Part shown: positions 56,517 to 64,000 of the stretch, in pieces | How positions within the stretch are numbered: position 1 is the stretch's first letter | Layout of the letters: the number at the start of each line of letters is the position of its first letter | From: a virus | Direction: 5' to 3' (one strand) | DNA: 64,000 nt | Virus record (IMG/VR): IMGVR_UViG_3300014158_000003 | Coordinates: 32,001-96,000 of that record | Notes under the pieces: model-generated | What the model was told of the DNA's origin: nothing | The model's database searches: none | The model's input: the letters and a program-made list of their open reading frames with translations, nothing else | Translations under genes and position numbers: made by a program

Positions 56517-56758
56517 CCGGCCGCCTGGCGGCTTCGGTTCCTCCCGCGCGCCTGCCCGCCGCGCCGACCGATCTCCGCCATGTGGGCGCGGTCGGAGGCG
56601 ACCTTCTTGCCCCCCTCGCGGCCGGCGACCCGCGCCTCGTCGGGCGTGAACTCGTGGGCGCGCCCCTGCGCGTGCGCCGCCTTGCCGCCCTTGCTCGCGA
56701 TGGCGCGCTGCTTGGCTTCGTCCATGGAGGCGAAGCCGCGGTTCGACCGGTCCGCCAC
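56513..56758 (-). CDS. KGG-repeat stress protein (YciG/GsiB-like)
   Basis: RGFASMDEAKQRAIASKGGKAAH..AHEFTPDEARVAGREGG. Confidence 0.85.
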   Translation of the reverse strand: MADRSNRGFASMDEAKQRAIASKGGKAAHAQGRAHEFTPDEARVAGREGGKKVASDRAHMAEIGRRGGQARGRNRSRQAAG

Positions 56759-56760
56759 CT

Positions 56761-56994
56761 TCAGGCCGCCTTCTGGGCGGCTAGCGCTCGGCGCGCGCGG
56801 GACCGCGCTCGGGCCTGCGTCACCTGCTGGCTCACGCCGAGGGCCGTGCCGACCGCGCCGACGGCGTAGGCGACGATCGTCGGCCACGGTTGCCACGCCG
56901 AGAACGCTTGCCCGACCGCGACACAGGCCGCAACCACGCCCACGTCGACGGCGGTCACGACCTGGAGCGCGGTCCCGTTGAGTTGCAGGCTCAC
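56761..56994 (-). CDS. holin-like two-TM protein
   Basis: Two TM segments plus a basic C-terminal tail. Confidence 0.5.
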   Translation of the reverse strand: MSLQLNGTALQVVTAVDVGVVAACVAVGQAFSAWQPWPTIVAYAVGAVGTALGVSQQVTQARARSRARRALAAQKAA

Positions 56995-57284
56995 GGAGTC
57001 GCCTTCTTCTTGGCGTGCGCCGCCGCGAAGGCCGCGCTCTCGGTCGGGGGGACCCGCACCGTGTACTGCGTCGCGACGCCGGGCGGCGCGCCCGCGACCG
57101 TGCACAGGTAGTACACCCAGGTCGGGTCGGGCTGCTGCTCGGCGAGGCTGCACGCGGCGTCCGCGACGTCGATGATCTCGGTGACGATGCTGGAGACCTG
57201 AGCCGGGGTCGACCCGCAGTGGACCGAGGAGGCGTAGACCGAACCGACCAGCGCGACTGCACCCAGCCAATGAACTCGCTTCAT
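56991..57284 (-). CDS. small secreted protein or lipoprotein
   Basis: MKRVHWLGAVALVGSVYASSVHCG signal-like N-terminus. Confidence 0.6.
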   Translation of the reverse strand: MKRVHWLGAVALVGSVYASSVHCGSTPAQVSSIVTEIIDVADAACSLAEQQPDPTWVYYLCTVAGAPPGVATQYTVRVPPTESAAFAAAHAKKKATP

Positions 57285-57316
57285 GGGGCCAAAGATAAAC
57301 TCCCCCGCCGAGCCCG

Positions 57317-57595
57317 TCAAACCAGCAACCAGCCGTTGAGCAGGAGAGCCTCGTCGGCCTCCTCCCGCGAGGCGAAGTAGCCGATGCAGACCGGGTCTGG
57401 GTCGTCGTCGTCGTAGTTGCGGTCGTCCGGACCGACCCATGCGGCCACCCCGACCGGGGACGCGTCGCGCCACTCGTAGGTGACGCCGCTCAACGCGGGC
57501 CTGGGCGATCGGCACCACGGCCCGGCCACCTTGGGAGCCGCTCTTAGCGCGTCCCACACTTCCTGCGGCGTCAGCGTCTTCCAGTCTACCGGCAC
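57317..57595 (-). CDS. hypothetical protein
   Basis: GGAG RBS; GYFASREEADEAL. Confidence 0.6.
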   Translation of the reverse strand: MPVDWKTLTPQEVWDALRAAPKVAGPWCRSPRPALSGVTYEWRDASPVGVAAWVGPDDRNYDDDDPDPVCIGYFASREEADEALLLNGWLLV

Positions 57596-57627
57596 GTCTT
57601 TTCTCCAGTTCTACGCGCGCGCGCGCA

Positions 57628-57846
57628 CTAGTACGCACGTGAGTCGGTCAACGGCACCCACGTCAATCCACCTTTGCGTCCGCCACCGAAATCGACGAGG
57701 GCGCGCGCGCCAGACGGGCCCGTCCAGTCGATGAAATCGATGCGACCCTGAGCGCCGCAATGCGGACCGCCCACCACGTGGGCCCAGTCGCCAACCTTCC
57801 AGACGTACTCGCTCGACTCCGTCACATCGTCCTCCTTCGCGCGCAT
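57628..57846 (-). CDS. small KOW/SH3-like protein
   Basis: KVGDWAHVVGGPHCGAQGRI. Confidence 0.55.
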   Translation of the reverse strand: MRAKEDDVTESSEYVWKVGDWAHVVGGPHCGAQGRIDFIDWTGPSGARALVDFGGGRKGGLTWVPLTDSRAY

Positions 57847-57847
57847 G

Positions 57848-58333
57848 TCATCGTGTGCCGGCGGTCACGACGTCGGGCAGCTCGAAGAGGCCAAACGAAC
57901 CGGCGCACGGCGCGAACGGGAGCGGCTCGACGTCGGCGAGCACAAATCCGTATTGCTCCGTCATGTGCCATCGGTGGTCGATGCCCGCGGGGTAGAACCT
58001 GTCCAGGGTCGACCGGAACGGCGGCGCTCCGGGCGGCTCGCCTCCCACGCGCAAGCTCGGAACCCATGGCCGGATCACGTCGACGATGCGCGCGCGGCCG
58101 ACGACGCCTCCGCGCTGCATCGCTTGAAGACGGGGGACGTCAGCAAGGCTCGCGATCACGCCGGCGTTCTCCATCCACACGATCGCGTCTTCGTACTCAT
58201 CCCTGGTGCAGCCCTTCGCCGCGTGCAGCAAGATCGGACCGCGATAGCTCGTGTTCCACACGCGGTTTTCTATCCGCTTGCCAGCGTGGAGAATCGCCCA
58301 CCACCACGGTTGACGCCCGCTGAGGGCTTTCAT
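57848..58333 (-). CDS. ASCH-domain protein
   Basis: MKALSGRQPWWWAIL..GKRIENRVW..YRGPILLHAAK..GSFGLF. Confidence 0.9.
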   Translation of the reverse strand: MKALSGRQPWWWAILHAGKRIENRVWNTSYRGPILLHAAKGCTRDEYEDAIVWMENAGVIASLADVPRLQAMQRGGVVGRARIVDVIRPWVPSLRVGGEPPGAPPFRSTLDRFYPAGIDHRWHMTEQYGFVLADVEPLPFAPCAGSFGLFELPDVVTAGTR

Positions 58334-58545
58334 CGCAAGGCCGGCGCTTTCTCACGGAGTAAGGCGAGCGTGCCCGGACGGACACCAAGCCCCGCGATCA
58401 CACGGGCCACAACTTCTCGGCTCAGCCCGAGTTCCCTCGCTACGGTCGCAGTCCCCCGCGCTTCGACAAGCTGCGCCAGCCACACGCGGACGTCGGCGGG
58501 CGGCCCCACACCAAGCGCGCGTTTGGAACGATCGATCCTCTTCAT
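58330..58545 (-). CDS. small HTH protein
   Basis: GTATVARELGLSREVVARVIAG. Confidence 0.7.
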   Translation of the reverse strand: MKRIDRSKRALGVGPPADVRVWLAQLVEARGTATVARELGLSREVVARVIAGLGVRPGTLALLREKAPALR

Positions 58546-58760
58546 GTCTTCGCCCACTCGATCGGGACGAGGAGCGCCAGGGGCTTGCCCGACTTGAGGA
58601 GCAGGAAGGAACGCCCCTCGCGCGAGACTGCCCGCACGTACTCGCCCACCTCCTTGCGAAACTCGCTCATGGTGACATGTTTCGGCAGCTCGAGATCTTC
58701 GGGGGCCGGCTCGGCGGCGGGCTTCGCCTTCGTACGAGCTCGCGCGGGTTTCTTGGCCAT
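58542..58760 (-). CDS. Phd/YefM-like DNA-binding protein
   Basis: VTMSEFRKEVGEYVRAV..GRSFLLLKSGKPLALLVP. Confidence 0.78.
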   Translation of the reverse strand: MAKKPARARTKAKPAAEPAPEDLELPKHVTMSEFRKEVGEYVRAVSREGRSFLLLKSGKPLALLVPIEWAKT

Positions 58761-59026
58761 GCGGACGACTCTAGCACGCGATCGTGCGATCGACCGATTG
58801 CGGTACGCGCGGCGTGCGGTACAGTTCACGAGCGCGTGAGATTCCTTCGGGGGTTGCAAGTGCCCGGCAGGGCAGACGACAGCAAAGCCCGTAGCCCTTG
58901 AGTCGTCGGGAGAGATCGCAAAAAACGAGTGCCGTCCTGGGAAGCGGCCACGCGCGTTTTACGAAAGGCCGGTCTTGTCCTCTCCGGTGCACCGTTTGCA
59001 GTAACCTCGTCCCTGAGTTGGGTCGT

Positions 59027-59509
59027 TCATCCCGACCTCCTGCGCGTCCCGGCCACGATCCGAGCGACCGACGTCCGGTGCAAGCCGAGCCGCCGCCCGA
59101 TCGCCGTGAACGACTCGCCCGCCTGCGCGGACTCGCGGATGGCAGCCACCACCGAGTCGCCCGTCGCCTTCCGCGGTCCACCGCGTGGGTGCGTGCCATG
59201 CACGCGCTTGTCGGCCTCGTTCTCCTCGGGCAGCGCCCAGCGCAGGTTGCCCGCGCGATTGTTGCCGCGGTCCCTGTCCGGGAAGTGCGCGCCGTGGTGG
59301 CGCGTCGAGGGTCGCGGGGCCACGAACGCCTCGAGCACGAGCGCGTGGACTGGCCGCCAGACCCGCCGGCCGTCGGGCGACACCAGCCGGACCCTCAGGT
59401 AGCCGCCGCGCCACTGCGGCAGGAGCGCGAGGCGCCCGCGCCGGACGTGGCCGCCGCGGGAGACGCGGTAGCCTGGGAAACCCGCGATCGGGCGCCAGAT
59501 GGGTCTCAC
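59027..59509 (-). CDS. NUMOD4-HNH homing endonuclease
   Basis: WRPIAGFPGYRVS..GYLRVRL..VHALVLEAF..H..NNRAGNLRW..EN. Confidence 0.88.
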   Translation of the reverse strand: MRPIWRPIAGFPGYRVSRGGHVRRGRLALLPQWRGGYLRVRLVSPDGRRVWRPVHALVLEAFVAPRPSTRHHGAHFPDRDRGNNRAGNLRWALPEENEADKRVHGTHPRGGPRKATGDSVVAAIRESAQAGESFTAIGRRLGLHRTSVARIVAGTRRRSG

Positions 59510-59703
59510 CTGTCGCCCCGACGTCGCACCCTCATCGCGTCCCCGAAGGTGGTCCGCAGCGTCGGTTTGCCCGCCGCGCGCAGCGCATCCTCCTCGCGCT
59601 TGCGTCGCTGCATGCGCTGGAGATCGGTCTCCTCCACGGGTGACCTGTCTGGATCGCAGCCGGAACACCCCGCGCACCCAAATAACCCGCACGCGCCCGT
59701 CAT
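59506..59703 (-). CDS. small hypothetical protein
   Basis: C..FGCAGC..C; AGGAG RBS; ATGA overlap. Confidence 0.55.
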   Translation of the reverse strand: MTGACGLFGCAGCSGCDPDRSPVEETDLQRMQRRKREEDALRAAGKPTLRTTFGDAMRVRRRGDR

Positions 59704-60044
59704 TCGTCGACTCTCCTCTTCGGTGGTGGTCTCTTCGGTAAGTTCTGCAGGACCGCCGGCGTCGGCACCTCACGACCGCGCGGCGCGAGTCCGCGGCTGA
59801 CGAGGTTCGCGTAGGCGGGGACGACGCGCCCGTGGACGCTGGTGACCCACCCGCGCTGCTTGTCCGAGAGCTGGTGGAACGGCCTACCGGCGTCCGTCCC
59901 GTCCAGGATCCCGCCGTACGCCTGCAGGTCGAAGCGCATGCTGGCAAACGCCTCCGTCTCGCGGTCAGTGAGCTCGTCGGCGTGCTTGCCTAGCAGTTCG
60001 CCGAGGAGGTTGAGGTCGGAGGTGCGCTTCGAGTCACTGATCAT
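59700..60044 (-). CDS. hypothetical protein (3' end copied into the CRISPR array)
   Basis: LTDRETEAF..LSDKQRGW. Confidence 0.7.
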   Translation of the reverse strand: MISDSKRTSDLNLLGELLGKHADELTDRETEAFASMRFDLQAYGGILDGTDAGRPFHQLSDKQRGWVTSVHGRVVPAYANLVSRGLAPRGREVPTPAVLQNLPKRPPPKRRVDE

Positions 60045-60515
60045 CGCAGATCAAGAGTCTGCACGAGCCACGCGATGAGTGTATCCGTTCGCTCGCCATT
60101 CTCGGATCGGGTCTGCATTTCCGTCATCGCACTCCATCGCCGCTCCACAGAGACGCCGCAACTCCCACCGTTTGCCTCCAGAAACGTCGAGAGCGCGGCC
60201 CACCCGCTCCGTTTGTTGCTGTCCATGAAGACGTGCCCCTGGACGATATAGACGGCGTAGGCTGCCGCGATCTCGGGCACCGACTCGTAGTACGAGTTGT
60301 TGACGGCACGGCTGGAAGAGGACGGCGCCGAGGCGGTCCGCGACCCTCCGCAACTTGCGGAGGTTGACGGGCGACTCGCGGATCATGAAGTCGAAGTCCT
60401 CCGTCGTGACGCGGGCCCCGAGGAGCGCAGCCCCGGCGTTGCCAATCATGATCGCCTCGAGCCCAGCCACGTCGACCGCGTCGGCGACCTCGCGGAGTGT
60501 CGGGGCGGCGCTTAC
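60041..60515 (-). pseudogene. out-of-frame fusion of a nucleotidyltransferase N-terminal fragment and a Doc-like C-terminal fragment
   Basis: MIGNAGAALLG..TTEDFDF, then in another frame AAAYAVYIVQGHVFMDSNKRSG. Confidence 0.6.
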
Positions 60516-60700
60516 CACCGGACACCCCTCGGGGCCACGTGGAAGGTCACGGAGACCCCCGCGTCCAAGTGACGCTTCATGACCAGCCGGCCGAGCACGT
60601 AGACGTATACCTCCGGACCGCGCTGCACGGCGAACGTCGTCGGGTTCACCAGTGCATCCGAACTGCACGACGCTCCGGCTGGGGTGAACTCTCGCTTCAC
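60512..60700 (-). CDS. small hypothetical protein
   Basis: GTGA overlap with higA. Confidence 0.5.
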   Translation of the reverse strand: MKREFTPAGASCSSDALVNPTTFAVQRGPEVYVYVLGRLVMKRHLDAGVSVTFHVAPRGVRW

Positions 60701-61011
60701 CGCTGCACCGTGACCACGCGACGGACGTGACGGAGATCAGTCGCGCTCGCGGCTAACTCCGCCACGCGTAGGTCGTAGCTCTGCTGCATGTTGAGCCAGA
60801 ACTCCGGCGTCGTGCCGAACGCGCGCCCGAGACGCAGCGCCGTGTCGGCAGTGACCGAGCGGTCACCCGCCACGATCGAACTGACGCGATTCGCCGGCAC
60901 ATCGAGGGCGTGTGCGAGCGCGTTCGCGCTCATTCCGAGCGGGACTAGGTACTCCTCGCGGAGGACCTCGCCGGGATGGATGGGACGCATGTTGTTTCGA
61001 GGGGTGGACAT
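60697..61011 (-). CDS. higA: HigA antitoxin
   Basis: IHPGEVLREEYL..VTADTALRLGRAFGTTPEFWLNMQQSYDL. Confidence 0.93.
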   Translation of the reverse strand: MSTPRNNMRPIHPGEVLREEYLVPLGMSANALAHALDVPANRVSSIVAGDRSVTADTALRLGRAFGTTPEFWLNMQQSYDLRVAELAASATDLRHVRRVVTVQR

Positions 61012-61022
61012 GATGAACCTTT

Positions 61023-61301
61023 TCAGTGGTAATCGACGACCTCAACCTCTGTTGGACCGGTGGGCGTCCACCGGAAGCACAGGCGGAACTGCTTGTTGAC
61101 TCGAATCGAGTGCTGCCCCACTCGATCCTCGTCGAGTGCTTCCAGTTGATTGTTTGGTGGCGACTTCAGGTCGGTAAGAGTCGTGGCGGCGCTAAGCATG
61201 GCGAGTTTCCGCTCAATGACGTTCTGGATGTTGCCAAAACGCCTGGACCGCCTTCCTTCGAAGATTGCCTGGGTCTCCGCGCACCGGAATGATCGAATCA
61301 C
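61023..61301 (-). CDS. higB: HigB (RelE-family) toxin
   Basis: MIRSFRC..PPNNQLEAL..GQHSIRVNKQFRLCFRW..VEVVDYH. Confidence 0.93.
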   Translation of the reverse strand: MIRSFRCAETQAIFEGRRSRRFGNIQNVIERKLAMLSAATTLTDLKSPPNNQLEALDEDRVGQHSIRVNKQFRLCFRWTPTGPTEVEVVDYH

Positions 61302-61492
61302 TCGTGAACCATAGCGCCTGTACGTTGTACGTCAAGCGACCTATGCCCGGGTGAGCAGGTGCAGCGCCGTCAATAGACCCGCCGTCTGGACCGGGGTCAG
61401 GCGCCCGGCGTCGATCTCCACGAGCAGGAACAACAACTCGTCGTCCCGCATCGGTTCGCGACGCATCAGGCGGTTGAGGATAGCGGCGACCG

Positions 61493-62032
61493 TCACAGCG
61501 TCACCTTGAAGGGCACCGACCCGAAGTACGGGTATGAGAATCGGTGATCGAGTCCAGCTCGCTCCTCCCACTCACCGACCCGAGGCGCGGCGACAGGAGT
61601 CCCGTAGATGAGGAGCGTGTTCGCTGGGTGCGGCACGTGGGCCACGAGTTCCAGACCGAGGAAGTACCGGAATAGGCCCGGCCAGCCACAGAGAGTCCCG
61701 TCCGTACACTTCCCGAGGTACGCGATCGTTTTGGCTCGATACAGCAAGTCAAGTAGTGGCGGCTCGTTGTGGTTCACCGGCCAGGAGACGAACGCGACGT
61801 CGATGATCGGTTGGCGGGTCTCGTATTCTGCGAACGTGGTCCGTACGGTATTCACCCACGACCCTGGGCATCCGACCGGGTGCTCGTCGACCGCGATGAC
61901 CGCGGCGGCCCCGAGCTGGACGAGCGCATCCGACAGCACCTGGTCGCCACACCCGAGGTCGTGGATCGTCCGGCCGCGGACGACCGCCGCGAGCGCCTCG
62001 GCCTGCGCCGTGTCGAGTCGACCCCACGTCAT
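61493..62032 (-). CDS. SAM-dependent methyltransferase-like protein
   Basis: IHDLGCGD..VIAVD..FVSWP. Confidence 0.7.
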   Translation of the reverse strand: MTWGRLDTAQAEALAAVVRGRTIHDLGCGDQVLSDALVQLGAAAVIAVDEHPVGCPGSWVNTVRTTFAEYETRQPIIDVAFVSWPVNHNEPPLLDLLYRAKTIAYLGKCTDGTLCGWPGLFRYFLGLELVAHVPHPANTLLIYGTPVAAPRVGEWEERAGLDHRFSYPYFGSVPFKVTL

Positions 62033-62211
62033 GGCGGCGCCTCCGTTTCCTTCTCGACCGGTACCGAGATACTTGACCCGCACCTACAGTTTCTGAGTTC
62101 CAGCTCGCCTCCGTCGCCGTCGTCCATCTTGCCGACCAGCGGCAACTGCTGCCACCCGTCGGCGTCGAAGTAGCGTCCGCACGCGCAGTGCTTCACCGCA
62201 CCGACCATCAT
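62029..62211 (-). CDS. small zinc-binding protein
   Basis: CACG..W..L..LELRNCRCGSSI. Confidence 0.7.
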   Translation of the reverse strand: MMVGAVKHCACGRYFDADGWQQLPLVGKMDDGDGGELELRNCRCGSSISVPVEKETEAPP

Positions 62212-64000
62212 GAAGGCACCCTCGCCCGCGTCTGGATGAGCGCGGCCTCAGACCCTTTCCAAAACGGTTTCCGCCATATCTTTTTCCGCAACGTACTGCG
62301 CGGGCCGTGCGGCTGCATCGCGTAGTGCCCGCGGACCATCCACTGCACCGTCGGCATGCCCCTGTTGTGCCTGCCCGTCTTCTCGGAGCTGCGCGTCCCC
62401 CTCTCGACGTACTCCCTGACGGCGTCCCGGCAGTCGATCTCGAGCGGCTGGCCGATGGTCACGATGCGGTGCTCGGGTTCCGCCTCTCGCCCTCGGCTCT
62501 TCGGGCGCGCCTCGACCTTGCGGACCTTATGGGTACCCGCGTCCTGCAAGTTCAGGAGCAGGCCGGCGACCAGGCGTTTGGCCAAGATGAGGCAGCGCTG
62601 CGACGGGGAGTCCTGCGCGAGGTCCGTCTCGTCGCTCGCGAGCAGCGACGGCAAGTCCTTCGCCTCGTCGTCCAAGAGCCGGAACCCGACGCCGTCCGGC
62701 GCGAGCAGTCCGAGCCACGCCCCGTACGAGTACGTAGCGACGAGCACGCGCGAGAACTCGAAGCCGCCGGCCACGAGCATCCCGTTCGGGACGAGCACGA
62801 GAAAGCCGTCCCACTGCCTCTCGATCCCCTCGAGCACCTCCTTCTGAACGTCCGAGCACATGAGCGCCGCCGCGAAGGTGTGGCTCGTCATCAGGCGCTG
62901 GAACGCGTGCACCGCCCACTTCGCAGCGAACATCGACACGGCGTCCGACCACTGCTCGCTGCTGACCGCCCGGAGCGCGCCGCGGACCTCCTCGTCGGAG
63001 TTCCCATCCTTGTACGTGTCCTCCCAGAGATCGCGACCGTGGCGCATGAGCGCGTGGTCGGAGTAAACCGATCGCACTGCAGTCTTGGTGATGGTGGCCG
63101 CCACCCTGTCGAGTACGATCTTACGATCGTCCTGCGTCAGCGGGTCGAGGATACGCTCGACGGTGGCCAACGCCTCGGTCGCCGCCACGTTATTCGTGTC
63201 CGCCAGGAACTGGGTCACCACCCCGAGTGCCCTCTCGTGCGACATCTTCGGCGGCCGCCTCGACTGGATCTGATCGAACTCGCGATCCAACCGCTCCTTG
63301 AACGCCCGCTCCATCAGCGCACGCGCCTCGGGCCTCGCCTTGTTGAGTTGCTCGTCGATGACCGTGTCGTGCAGGAGACTCAGGCCGCCGCGCACGATGT
63401 CGTCGCCCTGCGCGTCCTGGATGAGCGCGACGCGCTCGACGACCGCCCGGACGAACGCGCGCGAGAACTCCCACTCCGTCGCGGCTCCGCGCCAACCCAT
63501 CCGGATCCACCGCATGCGCATCTCGGTCCACCGAGCGTCCCGAACGAGCTCTTGCTCGAAGTCCTCGAGCGTGAGCCTCTCCACGCCAGCCTCGACGAGC
63601 GCCTCCCCGTGCAGCCCGCGCAGACTTTCCGGCAGGTTCGCCCACAGCAGGATCGCCGTGTGGTCGATCGACGACAGGAGGAGCGCGAGGTCGGTCTTAT
63701 TGACGCTCCGGATCGCGACCTCCTGCAGGAGTTCTTCGCTAGCCTGCTCCCTGGTCTCGACTCCGTGCCAACGCCAGTACACGAGCTTGTCGAACACCGC
63801 GGCGCCGGGCTCGACGCGCGAGTCGTCGAGGTTCGCGATCTGCGCCAGCGAGTCGACGTACCGCTCGATCGTCTGGTGGGCGCCCGATGTGACCTCGACC
63901 ATCTCCCGGTCAACCGACTCGATCTGCCGGTTGCTGTCGAGCAGTTCGCGCTGCAGCACCGCCATCCGGTCCTGCAACTTCGCGAGCTGCCGGCGCTTCA
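62208..64000 (-). CDS. large phage-type protein (5' end outside the window)
   Basis: Frame open to the window edge; C-terminal VRGHYAMQPHG..RKKIWRKPFWKG motif. Confidence 0.75.
   Translation of the reverse strand, partial: KRRQLAKLQDRMAVLQRELLDSNRQIESVDREMVEVTSGAHQTIERYVDSLAQIANLDDSRVEPGAAVFDKLVYWRWHGVETREQASEELLQEVAIRSVNKTDLALLLSSIDHTAILLWANLPESLRGLHGEALVEAGVERLTLEDFEQELVRDARWTEMRMRWIRMGWRGAATEWEFSRAFVRAVVERVALIQDAQGDDIVRGGLSLLHDTVIDEQLNKARPEARALMERAFKERLDREFDQIQSRRPPKMSHERALGVVTQFLADTNNVAATEALATVERILDPLTQDDRKIVLDRVAATITKTAVRSVYSDHALMRHGRDLWEDTYKDGNSDEEVRGALRAVSSEQWSDAVSMFAAKWAVHAFQRLMTSHTFAAALMCSDVQKEVLEGIERQWDGFLVLVPNGMLVAGGFEFSRVLVATYSYGAWLGLLAPDGVGFRLLDDEAKDLPSLLASDETDLAQDSPSQRCLILAKRLVAGLLLNLQDAGTHKVRKVEARPKSRGREAEPEHRIVTIGQPLEIDCRDAVREYVERGTRSSEKTGRHNRGMPTVQWMVRGHYAMQPHGPRSTLRKKIWRKPFWKGSEAALIQTRARVPS

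Noticed and set aside
45751-59759. 92-bp duplication as a DGR template/variable repeat pair
   Set aside because: The copies are identical with no adenine-specific mismatches, and no reverse transcriptase is seen in the window.

Overview
A GC-rich window (host probably Myxococcota, inferred) that reads as part of a large integrated or temperate virus. From left to right: (1) a Fic/VbhA-like toxin-antitoxin pair; (2) a ~31 kb plus-strand morphogenesis operon (1852-33498) with GroES-like, RadC/JAB, LysM, transglutaminase-like protease, basic core protein, candidate jelly-roll capsid proteins, many C-terminally anchored membrane proteins, a lysozyme and collagen-like fibres, and no recognisable terminase, portal or tail genes, suggesting a tailless membrane-containing virus; (3) a Cre-like tyrosine recombinase with a lox-like site; (4) two convergent tRNA clusters (31 on +, 5 on -) with an HNH gene, the minus cluster split by a 4 kb IS1-family passenger transposon; (5) a CRISPR array with a Cas12m-like effector whose RuvC-I Asp is replaced, and a 92-bp self-derived insert; (6) a minus-strand arm of accessory genes (S53 peptidase, holin-like, ASCH, HNH, HigBA). 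The most striking observation is that each tRNA cluster is preceded by an unannotated short ORF whose codons mirror that cluster. A 38-aa ORF using all 19 non-Leu amino acids sits in trp-like attenuator geometry before the 19-amino-acid plus cluster. A 16-aa ORF with five different Leu codons plus CAA precedes the Leu/Gln(UUG) minus cluster. This suggests a ribosome-stalling sensor that switches on backup tRNAs. All protein calls come from motif recognition by eye; no searches were run.
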